DNA of 64,000 nucleotides from Lama guanicoe (lineage: Eukaryota). The DNA is taken from the NCBI GenBank assembly GCA_013239625.1, contig MU053520.1, forward strand, positions 897,103 through 961,102, written 5' to 3'. Position 1 is the first letter of the stretch. Every line of letters begins with the position of its first letter. Below, in pieces: positions 38,790 through 51,667 of this stretch. The notes beneath the pieces are model-generated. The model was not told the origin of the DNA. It did not search any database and saw only the letters and a list, made by a program, of their open reading frames with translations. Made by a program: the position numbers and the translations under genes.

Positions 38790-39177
38790 NNNNNNNNNNN
38801 NNNNNNNNNNNNNNNNNNNNNNNNNNNNNNNNNNNNNNNNNNNNNNNNNNNNNNNNNNNNNNNNNNNNNNNNNNNNNNNNNNNNNNNNNNNNNNNNNNNN
38901 NNNNNNNNNNNNNNNNNNNNNNNNNNNNNNNNNNNNNNNNNNNNNNNNNNNNNNNNNNNNNNNNNNNNNNNNNNNNNNNNNNNNNNNNNNNNNNNNNNNN
39001 NNNNNNNNNNNNNNNNNNNNNNNNNNNNNNNNNNNNNNNNNNNNNNNNNNNNNNNNNNNNNNNNNNNNNNNNNNNNNNNNNNNNNNNNNNNNNNNNNNNN
39101 NNNNNNNNNNNNNNNNNNNNNNNNNNNNNNNNNNNNNNNNNNNNNNNNNNNNNNNNNNNNNNNNNNNNNNNNNNNNN
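38790..39177. other. Assembly gap (388 N)
   Basis: Run of N. Confidence 1.
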
Positions 39178-40049
39178 GCGACTATAGCCTGGGAGGAAAT
39201 AGTTATCAAACTGGATAAGCTATGGGCTTTGCCTTCAGTGGCCACAGGAAAGAGGAAAATGAAGGGATTCCTGAGAGGTAAGATGTTGAAGTTGAAGTGA
39301 GAGTCCTAACTGAACCAGTAGAAATATAAATTTGTCTAAGTAAAACTGAATGCCAAATATATCCCTGAGAAATAAAGAATTCTGTCCATTGGAAATGAGA
39401 AATTCAGCAAGCATGAAAAATATCAAAAATATAATAAAATAGAAACATAGGACAGAGAATCAGAGTTCTATTTAAGCAGAGAATAGAATTCAGAAAGAGA
39501 CTACTATACTTAATGTACATACATTGATTAAAGAATAATGAGACAGAGAAAACAGAGAATAGAAATAAAATGAACTGAATTGAAGGCAAAAACAAATGCA
39601 AATTCTAGAAATTATGTCTTTTTTTAATAAATTGACTCATTTTCCTTATAAAATATTACACTTTATTTTTGACAACATGCCTTGTAGTGAAATATGCTTA
39701 GTATGCCATCTTCCATATGCTGAATATTTGCATGGAATATCTTTTTCCAATCATTTGCTTTTAAATTTCTGTATCTATATACTCAACATGTGCATTTAGA
39801 AAAATCATAATAACTAAGTCCTGTGTTTTTTATCAAGACTGCCAGTATCTGCTTTTTAATTAGAGCTTAATTTACATTTAGTACAAATATTGATGTGTTT
39901 AAGTCTCCCATCTAGTGATTTGTTCTCTGTATGTTCCATCAGTTTTTGGTTCTCTTATTCCTCCTTTCCACCTAAGTCTCCTCTTAGATGATTTGTACTT
40001 TTTAAAATTTGCTGTAGAGATTGATAAACACTTTTCATTTATTCATTTA

Positions 40050-42110
40050 TGACAAGGCCCCCAGAGTTGTATCAATTATTTCATAATGAAAGAAATCTCA
40101 TATGCATGAATTGGGGTGGAAAAGGCAGAGTTAGAAAAACACTGAGGGACACTGAAGGGGCTCCAAACTGCACAGAAAACCAGAGGGGCTTAGAAAAGCT
40201 TTAGATGTTGAGCAAGGGTTTTGATGACTATCTCCAGAATCTTTCTGATGAAAAGAGATTGACTTTAATCAAATCCTGCAAACTAGGAAAGGATAAATCC
40301 ACTGGAGACATTAAGGATAAGCTCTTTAACAACTTCAGATAATGCTCAGGAGTATATCCTGAAGCAAATGTGAATACATATTTCTCCTCACTTTTTTTTT
40401 TAATGAAAAGCCTTAACCAGAAATAGAAGATTTAGGATGAAAACAAAACTCAAATGGAAAAAGAGTCTCTTTGTCAAATTTTCTGCTCACTGAATATTTT
40501 TATGGGGTCATAGAACACAAATAGAATAATACCTAGAATAAATAGATGGACTTACCAATAAAACAACTAAACGTTCCCATCCCAGGCATTAAGGATCATA
40601 AGAAGAAATCTCTTCTTAGGATACCAATGCATATACCATAAAAAAAAAAAAAGACATTGAGAAAAAATAAACTTGTCCATGATAACTAAGAAAGTAAAAG
40701 AAAAGAAAATAGGCAATCGATCAAGGTGACCTAAGGGAGAGCCAGATGCTCAATTTTCCTTTTTTTTTAAATTAACAAGAAGAAATTTCTCTAAATATTA
40801 AAGGACAAACTTGCAAAGTTTTGACTGACACAGATACTAAAATAGCTAAGCATAAAGTTTTGCATTATAATAGAACCTCTGCTTCAAAGCCAACAAACTC
40901 CTCAGGTGGTAAGTTTCTCTAAGGACCCTCAGACACTCACTCGCCTATGTTTCATGGATAATGTCGTCTCCTCCTTTGTGACAGCACAGCTGCTCATCTG
41001 ATAGACAGGGATATACTTCTAATTGCCAGACTCAGCGTTTTACTAATAGCCTCTTACTTCAGCATCTTCAAGACTTTCCTACCCACAGTACAATCATAGA
41101 TAATCTGGAGGTTAACTTACCAGTATTCTTGGGTCTAAATACAACCCAAATTGAAGATCTTCACAAGGAACTGGAATCTCTGTGCATTAAAATATCCACA
41201 GATATTAGCAGAATTATTGAGGCTGAACCCAAGAAGGTTCAGACAGATCCATTCAAATCCCCACCAAAGTTTTTACCACAGTCTTGAAAACAAGAACTAT
41301 AGAAAGGCTAACTCATTAGATGAAAACCTAATAAACAAGTGGCACTTACACCTGTACCGCTTACTGTGATATTTTTATCCTCCAGGTCAAGAAGCCCAAT
41401 GGGCAAGGATATAGATTTATTTATTTCAGGATCATAAAGCTATAAATAAAAGAGTTACTCTCAACTTCCCTGGGGTACCAAAAACAAAGAGGTTTATATT
41501 TGATGTCACATGAAGACAGTTTACAGCCATAGATTGATACTTTACTTACTTTATTGTCCCTTTAGATCAAGATAATCCATGCCTCTTGGCCTCCCCCTGG
41601 CAAGGTCAACAACATACCTAGGCATGTATGCTTCAAGATTTACTAAAACACCTTCTTATTTTTCACAAGGTCTCTACCAGGGCCTCCATGGACTCACATA
41701 TTGTTTTGATTGTCTTGCTGTTCAACATGTGGACTATCTTTGGCCACAAAGTAAACATGGCTTGAACTCAAAGATGAATTCCTTCTTCTTACATGCCATT
41801 TTAGTTCAAAAAAAGACATAAATATTCCCTAAAATAAAATACAATTTAATCAATAAGTGTTCACTATGTAGAACATGAATAGAAATGAAGTGATTACTCT
41901 TGGCAGTTTAAAAGTCATGTAAAACTTTCAGAAGCCAGTCATAGGAAAGAATGAACAGAATTCCTCAGTCCCATTAGCTACTGTAGACAGTGAGTTCCCC
42001 ACTTTTCTGACACTGGCATGCCTCTTTACAGTTTAACCAAGTCTTAAGTAACAAAACTTCTTTGGGAATATAAACATGAGTACACAGTTGTGATTTAAAA
42101 ATTAGTTTTT
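40050..42110 (+). mobile_element. Decayed class I (gamma-like) ERV internal region: gag end, protease, reverse transcriptase
   Basis: Protease remnants VLTDTDT (~40818-40838, cf. LVDTGA) and AHLIDRDIL (~40992-41018, cf. NLLGRDLL). RT remnants FTAID..YFIVPLDQD..WQGQQHT*..FTKTPSYFSQ..QHVDYL (41723-41740, cf. QYVDDL) and FLSPISYCRQ*VPHFSDTGMPLYSLTK (from 41961). Confidence 0.85.
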
Positions 42111-42114
42111 GTAT

Positions 42115-43672
42115 AGTTCTCAATCAGGGGTGCAGGGAGCTGGAAAGAATATTGTTCCCAAACATACAAAAACAATAACAAGAAAGTGGACCAACAACAA
42201 GTTCACACTTCTTTGAACTCATCAGAGAGTGAGGTAGTAGGGCAAGGAGCTGGACTAAAACTGAAGAAGAAACAAACACCTGAAAGAGAGAGGACCCACA
42301 AGTTCTGGCTAAATTGGGTAAGACACAAACAGCTGTAAGGATAGTTTATTAAGAGATTGGTTCATCAATGAGTCTGGGGTGTCACATCTAGAAGTGGCAA
42401 ACATAGGAGGAATCCACGTGCTCCTAAAGGCTTTTCTCCATGAATCCAACTCTTTTAAATAATTAGAAGATCCCCAAGAAAATATTTTAATGTTGTATAC
42501 ATTAGGGAGGAAAATAAAAACAGCCACTGCAGAAAGGCATAAAATTCTTCCACTCGGATCTTTTTTTCTCAAAATCCCCTATGAAGCATAGTCTTAAATT
42601 GTGAAGGGAGGGAAAGGCAACAAACATGGCAATAGATTAGGGTACCGGTGAAAATCTGTTGTGACCAAGGGAAAGGAATGAAGTGGGGAAAGTGCTCCCT
42701 ACACTTGCAGAGGGCCAAGCACAAATACTGGTGTCAGAGATATATCAGGAAAGGGGTAGGAGTACTGAGAAGGCCACATCCCTCAAATTTAGGACAGGGT
42801 GACTGTCTAAAACAGAAGCTTAGTCAGATACATAGAAATATCTCCCACTCCCAACCACAAGACTAACAGGCATCAAATAACAAGTCAACGTCAAGAGCTA
42901 TACCTCTCTGAATGTGTGTTAAAGGGAGATCTAAATCTGAGAATGGAGCAGCCATTGAAACAAAACCCTCTAGCAGACTAACCTCCACCAGAAACACAAA
43001 ATACCTCAAGGGGTTTGAACCATTTGGTAAACTGAAAGCAACCATAGTAACCAGTCAGACCCAACCCAACTCCTAATTGCATTAACTGAAAGGCCTAACA
43101 CAAAGAAATGTGTGCGTATTTCCAGGGGTAAACATATTTACCCTAGTCTCTACTTTCTTACACAATATAACTGGTTTTCAATGATAGGCAAGAAAAAAAC
43201 ACACAACCAAGAGATAAAAGAATTATTAAAACCATAACCACGTATGACAAATGTCAGCACTACTCATTTAAGATTATTATGATTAAAATATTAAAAGTTC
43301 TAGTAAGAAAATTGGGAAACCTACTAGATGAGAAGGAAATTTCAGTGAAGATTGAAGTTATAAAAAGAAATGGGAAAACACTAAATTTAAATAACATAGT
43401 ATAGCACAACACAATTCTGCTTGCCAGCAGACTCAGTACAGCCCAGAAAAGAATTACTTGAAGATAAGTAAATAAGAATTATCCAAACTTTGACACAAAG
43501 AGGAAGAAAGGATAGAAGAAGAAGAAGGAAAAAAAGTACAAAGAGTCCAAGAAGGTAGGACAATATCAAAATCTCTAACATATCCATAATTATAATCCCT
43601 GAAGAAGAGGACTGGGATAATGGGACAGGAGGGAAGTGGGTAGGAAACCACAATTAAAAGAATAACAGCCTC
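42115..43672 (+). mobile_element. Old L1M 5' region and ORF1 remnant
   Basis: A-rich ORF1-like sequence (AGCAGACTCAGTACAGCCCAGAAAAGAATTACTTGAAGATA...TCTCTAACATATCCATAATTATAATCCCTGAAGAAGAGG). Confidence 0.6.
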
Positions 43673-44063
43673 TGAGGATACAACATAAACTGATAAACTG
43701 GTTAGAACCAACTAGGCCCAAGATGGCTGAAGATTTGACTTCCAGTAGACCTTGAGCCTCATTACAGGCTCACTGTAATACATTGGCATGCTAAATGGCA
43801 CAGCACCACCAAGGTGGGTGGAAGCCCAATTCCTAGAAATCCCTACTCTTTCTCCAAAACAGTTAGAATAATCCTCCCATTTGTTAGCATATGAAATTGC
43901 CCTGTCTATAAAAACTAACCACCCTGCACCCCAGGGCCACTCTCCCTTCTGAGACAGATCACATTCTGTCTATGGAGTGGGTATCTCTCTAAATTAACTT
44001 GCTTTCCCCTTACCATGGCTCCCACTTGAAATCTTTCTTGCACAAGACCACTCTCCAGTAACA
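43673..44063 (+). mobile_element. MER41-like ERV1 solo LTR
   Basis: CCCAATTCCTAGAAATCCC..GAATAATCCTCCC..TGTTAGCATAT..CTGTCTATGGAGT..AACTTGCTTTC..TCTTTCTTGCACAAGA..CCAGTAACA parallels the MER41 3' half as I recall it. Confidence 0.8.
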
Positions 44064-44449
44064 TCTTTTCTTTCCTGTGTGAGACAGGAAACAATAACAC
44101 AGAATAAGTTTGAAGAAATCAGTTTGTTTCCAAAATTAATGACAGACAATAAACTTGCCCAATATAAATGAATTCCATTCTTTGACAAACTCACTGTTTT
44201 TCAGATGCTAAGTCCAGATATCAGGTGTTCCATACTGTGCTCTTTGTTTTTACCATTTTCATTTGATTCTTTCACAGAGGTGACACTTCACTTCTGGAAA
44301 CATCCTCCCTAGAGTACATCTTTCAGAGACACCTTTAGACTCTGTTGAAATGGCTTTTCCCCTTATTACAATAGGAATAATAAAGTTAGCTTTACTTGAC
44401 TAAGAAGTCTAATGATGGACTTATTTTATTTGAAAGTAAATTCAATGAG

Positions 44450-45330
44450 CAAACACTTAAAAGTCTTAGCATAAAAAAGGGGAATATGTTTATGACCTTG
44501 GGTAAGGCAGAGCTTCTTAAACAAGGCAGTGAGCACAGATCACCAGAAAATGACTAATGCATTGAACTGCTTATATTATAGCTTTTTGCATGAATAAAAA
44601 GACATCATAAGCATTGTGTACAAGTGAGTCTTAGTCTGTTAAAGTTAGTTGAAGTACATGCAACCAAAAAAGAATTAACGTACAGAAGAAATAAAAATCC
44701 TCCCACCAATTAGTGGCAAAAATTACCTAAGCCAATAAAATAAGTGGGTTGTAGGACAACAGCATATTCACAGAGGAGAAAACTGAAATGGAAAAGAAAT
44801 TTATAAAAATATACTCCACTTCACTAGTAATTGGGGAAATGCAAATTCATACAAAAGTGAGATCTAATTCAGAGCTATTTGGTTTGCAAAATAAATAAGC
44901 CTCTTGTTTTTGAGGATGTGAAGTTATGAATACAATTTTAATAAGAATATATATTGGTTCAACCACTGTGGCAAACGATTTGGTCTTTCCTAGTGCAGGG
45001 AAAGATGTGCATACCATTCAACCTAAGAATTCTACTTTTAGGTTGTACTTTATATGAGTTAATTCATGATAAAGAAGCATATGCAATTGCGTCCTTTACT
45101 ACATTGTTTTTAATGGTGGAAATGTGTGTGTTATAATGGTGAAAGTGTGGAAGCAACAAAGTGAACAGAGGAAGCCTAAATAAATTGCTCTAGGATGACA
45201 AAATAGAATCCTGCAAAGCAGTGAACATTAACAATGCAGATCTGATAATAATCTTCAAAATAATTATGGGTTTGAATATACATGCACAAATGAAACCATC
45301 ATATAGTAGTTTGAATAATACAAACTTATT
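44450..45330 (+). mobile_element. Ancient L1 (L1ME-like) 3' fragment
   Basis: TTTATGACCTTGGGTAAGGCAGAG..CACTAGTAATTGGGGAAATGCAAATT..VQPLWQTIW. Confidence 0.65.
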
Positions 45331-46578
45331 TTTTGTAGATAAAATAAGATCAACTATCATCAGTTTCGTGGAACTCAACTTCATCTAACTTAAAACAATT
45401 TAAAGAATGATGTATACATTTTGTGGACTTTGTAGTATTACTTTTGTTGTTAGCTAACAACCTACTAACTAAATAAATTTCTTGACAATATAGTATGTGT
45501 CAAGTATTTTTATAAGCATTTTTCATGTATTAACTTATTTAATCCTCACAATAGTCGAATGAGGTAGATACATTGTTACACTCATTTTTACAGAAGAGGA
45601 CACTGAGGCCAGGAAAATTGTCTAACTATTTAACAAAGAAAAAAAAAACAGTTTTCTTGGAAGGAATCACACCAACCCTATGATACAGTTTACACTTGGG
45701 GAAGAAGGTAGGGAAGAATGAATATTATGGGGAGGTGGAGAAGGACTTATATATTATTAAAAATAAAGAAGAAAACAAAGAAGATGAGAGATCTGAAGTT
45801 AAGATGGTAAAATGTTATAATCTGTTTTATTTCTTGGCAGTTCATAATTGTCCATTATTTTACTTTTTATACTCTTCTTAGTGTTTGAAATTTCTCTTTT
45901 TTATTTCAAAAGAAAGACAACCCAAACTGTGAATTCCCTCCCCTTCCCCCTTAATTTCCTAGCCTCTCTTTCCTCTAACAGATATTGGTCTTTAAGTTAT
46001 CTTCAAGGTCCTTCAGAACAGCCATTGATAATAACAACTGACATTAATGTGCCAGAAAAGTATCTGTAAGAAGTAAAAAGAAAAAGAAGACTTAACAAAT
46101 GAAAAAGGAACTTTTCTCTCATATATATATATATATTTTATATTTATATTTCATCTCTGCAAATACTTGGAAGTTGCTCAGTAAATATTTAAAAGTTCCA
46201 AAAATCATATAAGTATTTAGCTTCCTTCACATAAAAGGTAACTGCTCTTTGAAATTATTCAACTGGAAAGCAGTAAAAGCAACAGAAAGCTCAGAGAAAC
46301 TAAAAAAAAAAAGCAGGGAAAATAAGGCTGATTCTCCTAGTTTTTTTGTTTTTGTTTTTGTTTTTGTTTTTTTTTTAAGAGTGGATTAGCACAAGCATCA
46401 TCGACAAAGGTATTTTTCAGCCACCATGATTGTGGTTGGAATTTTACCTGTGTGAGGTCAGAGTGAAATGTCTGGGTCCCTCTGAGTGCACTGCCCCTCA
46501 GGACATTTCTTCTTCAATGAGGCTGTAATGAGGAGAGCCCGGAGGAGAGGCCCCCTACCTGCGAGCAGCCCCAACTCT

Positions 46579-46590
46579 GAAACTGAAAGT
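46579..46590 (+). promoter_or_regulatory. ISRE/IRF consensus motif
   Basis: GAAACTGAAAGT in apparently unique sequence; motif match only. Confidence 0.3.
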
Positions 46591-47453
46591 GTGTGGTGTC
46601 CATGGATTTTACACTTAATCCTCACTCTTCACTTTCTTCCTTATTAACCTTTCCCCTGATAAGGTGCATTAGGGCCTGGGGCTGCTTTTCTGACTTGGAA
46701 AGGTCTGGGGAAGATGCTTTCAACCTCTGGAAAATGGTTGTGCTCTTGCTCCTCATCTTTATTATTATGGGTCCTTTTGCTTTTATGTCTCCCCTTGCTC
46801 TTCTCTCTGGCCACCTTTTCCTTAGCATTAGACATAGAAATATTTGGATTGTTTTAATCCTGTTATCACCTGATTTTCCCTGGTGGGCATGGTTAAGGGA
46901 GCATTGCCTAGGACTAAAACCCATCTGTGTTTGTGGTAAAACCAAACAAACTCATCCATGTTGGGTCAGGATGTGAATTTGGTGTAATTAGTGCTGTACA
47001 TTGACTAGAGAAACAATCCTTTATTACCAAATTCTGAATCTGATTCTTAATTTATCATTATGAGTACAGAAACATTTCCTACAAATCAATGACTCTGAGG
47101 GAAAGAATCAACACCAAAAGCATTTTAGAACTTTATCTTAGAATAAAATTCAGCATCACTTATAATCTCCTTTCTTTTCTTCCTGTTATTTTAGTAGAAC
47201 AGATGTTTTGGGTCTTTAATCAGTTTATACATCCTTGTATTATGTAACTCAATTCTTCCAAAATTTCACCTGTCACTCACAATAAGAAATACATTTTAAT
47301 TATATTCATATACATATTATGTGTGTTTATGCAAATGTGTATGTGCTTCTGTATGAAACAAAGATGTTAAGAAGTAATATTTACCTTTCTGTGTGTGCTG
47401 CACACCTAAATTTCTACTTCATTGTTTTTCAATTAAAAAAATTTTGATGCCAA

Positions 47454-48616
47454 TGAAACCAAGAAAGACCCTGTGCTCTGTCCCCTGCAACTTCCTGCCT
47501 CTTGTTTATAGAAATGCAGGCCTCCCTAAATCATAAAGAGCAGGCTCAAGCAGTTAATGATTAGGACAACAGAGTCCCAAACTTACTGTCTGATGCATAT
47601 TCCTGAGTTGTTTTTATAGATAATATGACTGCCACCAAAGGGAAAAAGTAAAGTGCATGGTGACCAGACTGCAGCCATGACATAAGCTGCTCCATCTTGA
47701 ACAGTACTGAGTCTCTGGCCAGCACAGTTCCAAGAACTGGCCTTAAGAAAATGGGATTAACACTACTGCTCATAATAATCTATCTCTTTGTGGGCATCAA
47801 AATAAGTGTAGCTTGTATACTAGAAATTGACACAATATTGTAAATTGACTATAACTCAATTTAAATTAACTCAATTTAAAAATGTCAAAAAAAAAAAAAT
47901 AGTAAGTGTAGCTTGTTCTGCCCACATATGTAAGTGGGCAACTAACCATCAGCAATGCTTCAACCCCATGTTGCTATCTCTTACCCTAAGATCTCAGTGC
48001 CCTTTCTCAGTGTGAAGCAGTTACAGAACACAGGCCCTCACCACAATCCCATGGGTATCAGATGGTATGTACCAGAGAAGGGGAGGGAGGTCTTTTAGGC
48101 ACCTCTTTGCTGGTAACTCCCCTCAACAGGAAACCCCTTTTGCCTCATCACTTTAGCAAAGCTACACTGTAGCTAACTTCTAATGCTTTTCAAATCTTTT
48201 GATCACACAGTACCTTTGCCTAACTTGCTGATTTTCTCCATAGATCAAAGAAGTAGAAATGGAAAATACGTAATTAATGAATGACCAGCTCTCTTCCTTA
48301 GCTTCCCCTTCAATGATTTCACAAACAAACTTTGTGAACAAGATAGCATCTACGGGAAATTCATGAGGAGTCGAGAAGCCTGCAAGCAGTGGGGCATGGT
48401 GACCACCCTGAACCATCTCAACCATCAACTGAGGTTGCTTTCTTGCTTCCCCTTTAAAACTTTCATGACTGAGCAGAAAGCCTGAAGCTGGTTTCTGGGA
48501 TCCTGAGTCGACTATCTCCTCAGATTGCTGGCATTTTGATTAAAGGCAACTTTCCTTTTTATCAACATTTGCCTCTCTCAAGTATGGATTTTTTTTATAG
48601 CCTGAGTTTGGTGACA
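47454..48616 (+). mobile_element. ERV solo LTR (family uncertain) with nested L1 tail
   Basis: TGAAACC...TTTGGTGACA termini, CCCCTTTAAAAC TATA-like box, ATTAAA poly-A signal near 48539. Confidence 0.65.
47817..47902 (+). mobile_element. Very short L1 3' tail insertion with 14-bp TSD
   Basis: TAAGTGTAGCTTGT at 47803-47816 and 47903-47916 flanks AGAAATTGACACAATATTGTAAATTGACTATAACTCAAT...A-tract. Confidence 0.9.
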
Positions 48617-48732
48617 CTACATTATTAATTTCATGACCTACCACAAGATTACAGACTATAGTTTGCAAAACACTGATTAGTTGATATTAATATAGATGTA
48701 TCTTATTAAAGCAAATTGTGTATCTATGTATA

Positions 48733-48931
48733 CAGTTACCCCTTGAATAATATGGGGGTTAGGGGAGCCAACCCTCTGGTGCAGATGAAATCTGCATGTA
48801 ACCTTACAGTGGGACTTCTGCATTCATAGTTCCACATCTGCAGATTTAACCAACTGCAGATTAATTTTTTAAAAAGCCTGCATATTAGTGGATCCTTGCA
48901 GTTCAAATCTATGTTCTTCAAGAGTCCACTG
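48733..48931. mobile_element. Tigger2a/MER8-like MITE
   Basis: TA|CAGTTACCCCTTGAATAATATGGGGGTT ... ATGTTCTTCAAGAGTCCACTG inverted termini. Confidence 0.8.
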
Positions 48932-49090
48932 TGTATGTATGTGTATATATAAGCATATATATACATACACATATAAATATATATAATTACTATGTAGCAT
49001 TTACTTAGTGGACTGGTCTACACGTATCTCTAAAATTTTAAGTATAGTAGTAAGATAAATACATCCAATTTAGATGACCATTCAAAACAG

Positions 49091-49643
49091 TGTTACCCCA
49101 TAAGGGGAAAGGAAAAGACCCCAGTTCTTGTGATACCTGAGAGATGAAATTAGAGACGGGAGATGCTGCGTTGTAGAGCAAAAGATTTTAAAGGATTTAT
49201 TTAGAAAAAGAAAAGTACACCTCCAAGAGTGGGAGGTGGGCTGATTCAAGGGGGAAAAAGCCAGTGGCCTTGTCTGCCATTTCTCTAATACTCTCAGGTA
49301 GAGGTGGTATTTTGACTGATGGCTCGTGCCCCTGGAGAGCTTAGTCATGTTTGTCCCCTCTGTACATGTCCTTGCCCATGGTGTACACAGAAAAACGCAT
49401 GGTGGGGGGATGCCTAAACTGCAAGGCTAATTATAGTACAGTGAGCCCCGGGTCCTGTCTAGTCAAGTCCTTCTCACCACCATGCACTTGTGCTTGTCAG
49501 GTTCTAACTGTTTTTTTGCTGACACTCACTTAGAAGAAGTAACGTCCCTTTATGCTGGAGGTGGGCATAATGCCATTTTCCAGATCATCCTCCATCTCTT
49601 CCACCTGTTTGTCTAGTGCCCCCACTTATCTAACTACCTAACA
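49091..49643 (-). mobile_element. ERV1-type solo LTR
   Basis: ACAG|TGTTACC...CTACCTAACA|ACAA (3 of 4 TSD bases); same family as 25547-26105. Confidence 0.85.
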
Positions 49644-50998
49644 ACAATATTTCTGTTTGTTTTGATTTAAATAGAATTTCATGCAAACAATGAAACAATT
49701 AGATAAGTGTGGATGAGCTCACAGTTAAGATGAAAATTAAGGTACAGTTGACACCAAAATGGGCATTCCTATAAGTATATGGAGCAACCCATATGTAAGG
49801 TACCTTCTCAATTCTTCCTCAGTGATAAACTGATTAAACAAACAAAAAACCCTTAGTCTGTTAATGATTAAAAAATAGTCTTTCCAAGTAGCAGATTTTC
49901 AATAAATGCTCCTTTCTATTCGCTATCTTAAGTCTCATTTTTGTGGACACCTGAAGAAAATGACATCAGCTGAGATGAGGCACTGCATTTTTGTTTTCAT
50001 GGAATCACTCTGGTTATGCCTAAAGAATAATGGAAACTTTTGCTAATTTTTTTATTGAGTTATATAAATTTTTAAGTTATCTTGGATTTTTAATGTTTTT
50101 TTTTGTGTGTGTGATAATTTCAGACAATAAGCTCAGATATTTGTCTTACCTCTGCCTTTTTTACATTTCTTTACCACCACTGTGTTTGCAGCTAAAGCAG
50201 AAAAGTACTATTTTTGGTTTATGGTTTTACCTATTATCAGAAAATGCTGCTTATCATCGATGACAGGTGTGCAGCAAGAACTGAAGGGGGTTTCCTGTTC
50301 TGGAAGAAGAATGTTAGACAGTTTACCCAGCTGCCACTGAATCTATGCATTGTATTCTTGCAATAAATAACTTTTTACTTAAATGTAATAAAATGCTTTG
50401 TTCTAAAATTAGATGTCTCAATTCTCACTTTTGTGTATGTCACATCTACAAAGAAGAAAATTAAACTCACATAGTTTGAAGATAAAGGAATAGGTCAAAT
50501 CCTAAAACCAGAACCTAATCCCCTAGCAGCCTATAAAGAGTTCTGAGAAGACACTCAGGTTTCTGAACAGAACTCTTCATGGGTCTTTGGAGAAATACTC
50601 AAATGACATTAGTGGAACTGCATTTTAGAACGATTACTCTGATTGCAGTCATCAGAGCCAAGGTCAAAACCAAGGGGAGAAACCAACTCAATCACTTTTT
50701 AGCTCCATACTTAACTTCTAAAGCAGAGTGAGGGTAAGAGGACTGGATGCCATGCAGAGCAAACGTAGGGACCAAGTATTTATCTGTGAACAGAGCTGGT
50801 TAAGGAGCACTCAGTTTCACTGAGCACTCACCATTTGGTGCATGGTTGAGGTATCCATAGTTAAAGGTTTCGGGTTAGAGGAAGGATGGGTGCTGAATCT
50901 TGGAATCTCAGATAGAAGCGTGAGCAAACTTTTTCACTTTATTCTGCTTTTGCTAATACCCCTCTTTGAAAGTATGAATATTAAGTATTAGCATACAT

Positions 50999-51149
50999 TA
51001 AAAACATTTTTAGTGAAGTACAGTCAGTTACAATGTGTCAATTTCTGGTGTACAGCACAATGTCCCAGTCATGCAGATACATATATGTATTCGTTTTCAT
51101 ATTCTTTCTCATTAAAGGTTATTACAAGATATTGAATTTAGTTCCTTTT
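50999..51149 (-). mobile_element. Short camelid-type L1 3' end (second copy at ~53149-53298)
   Basis: TGAAGTACAGTCAGTTACAATGTGTCAATTTCTGGTGTACAGCAC...; TSD GCATACAT on both sides. Confidence 0.9.
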
Positions 51150-51399
51150 GCATACATATTTAAATTAAGCAAAATAACTTAGTAGGAGAATTGGAAAAAT
51201 AATTATCTAGGTATAACTAGACTCTATACTCATACACAAAAGCTGTAATAAGCATTTGAATGCTAGGCTATTTGTTTAAAGGTTTTATACTCATCATCTT
51301 TCTCTGCTACACTTAAAGATTTTTTTAAAAATCGGATTCTTTGAAAGATACTGCAGGTGCCACATATATATTTAACTGAAAACCTCTAGATGAAACAAC

Positions 51400-51667
51400 T
51401 GACCTGGAGTCTTTTCAAAGGGAATGTTTTCCAAGTTGAAGAAAAATCCAATTAAACCTGGTTGATTTGTTCACTGGGGAGCCACAGGTCTAAGCAACGT
51501 ACCGCAGAATCACAAGAACCTCCAAAAGTCCTTTACTGTTCAGGGCAGGATATCACACCCACAGGACATCACTGGACCGTCTGCTCAAGTGGAGATATTT
51601 GCAAGAAATCCACCAGCCTTTGAAGCTGTTCCCTTTCTACCATTTCTTTGGCAGTCTTTTTCAACAG
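51400..51667 (+). other. Candidate non-coding (first) exon, copy 1
   Basis: Unique, locally less AT-rich block ending in consensus donor CAG|GTAAGT; TATA-like TATATATTTAA at ~51365. Start is a guess and the gene is not identified. Confidence 0.4.

Noticed and set aside
38720..39300. Long ORFs spanning N runs (also at 52195 and 62996-63370)
   Set aside because: Artefacts of translating assembly gaps.
46593..46976. 127-aa hydrophobic ORF
   Set aside because: GTG start, T-rich composition explains the hydrophobicity, no recognisable homology or exon context.
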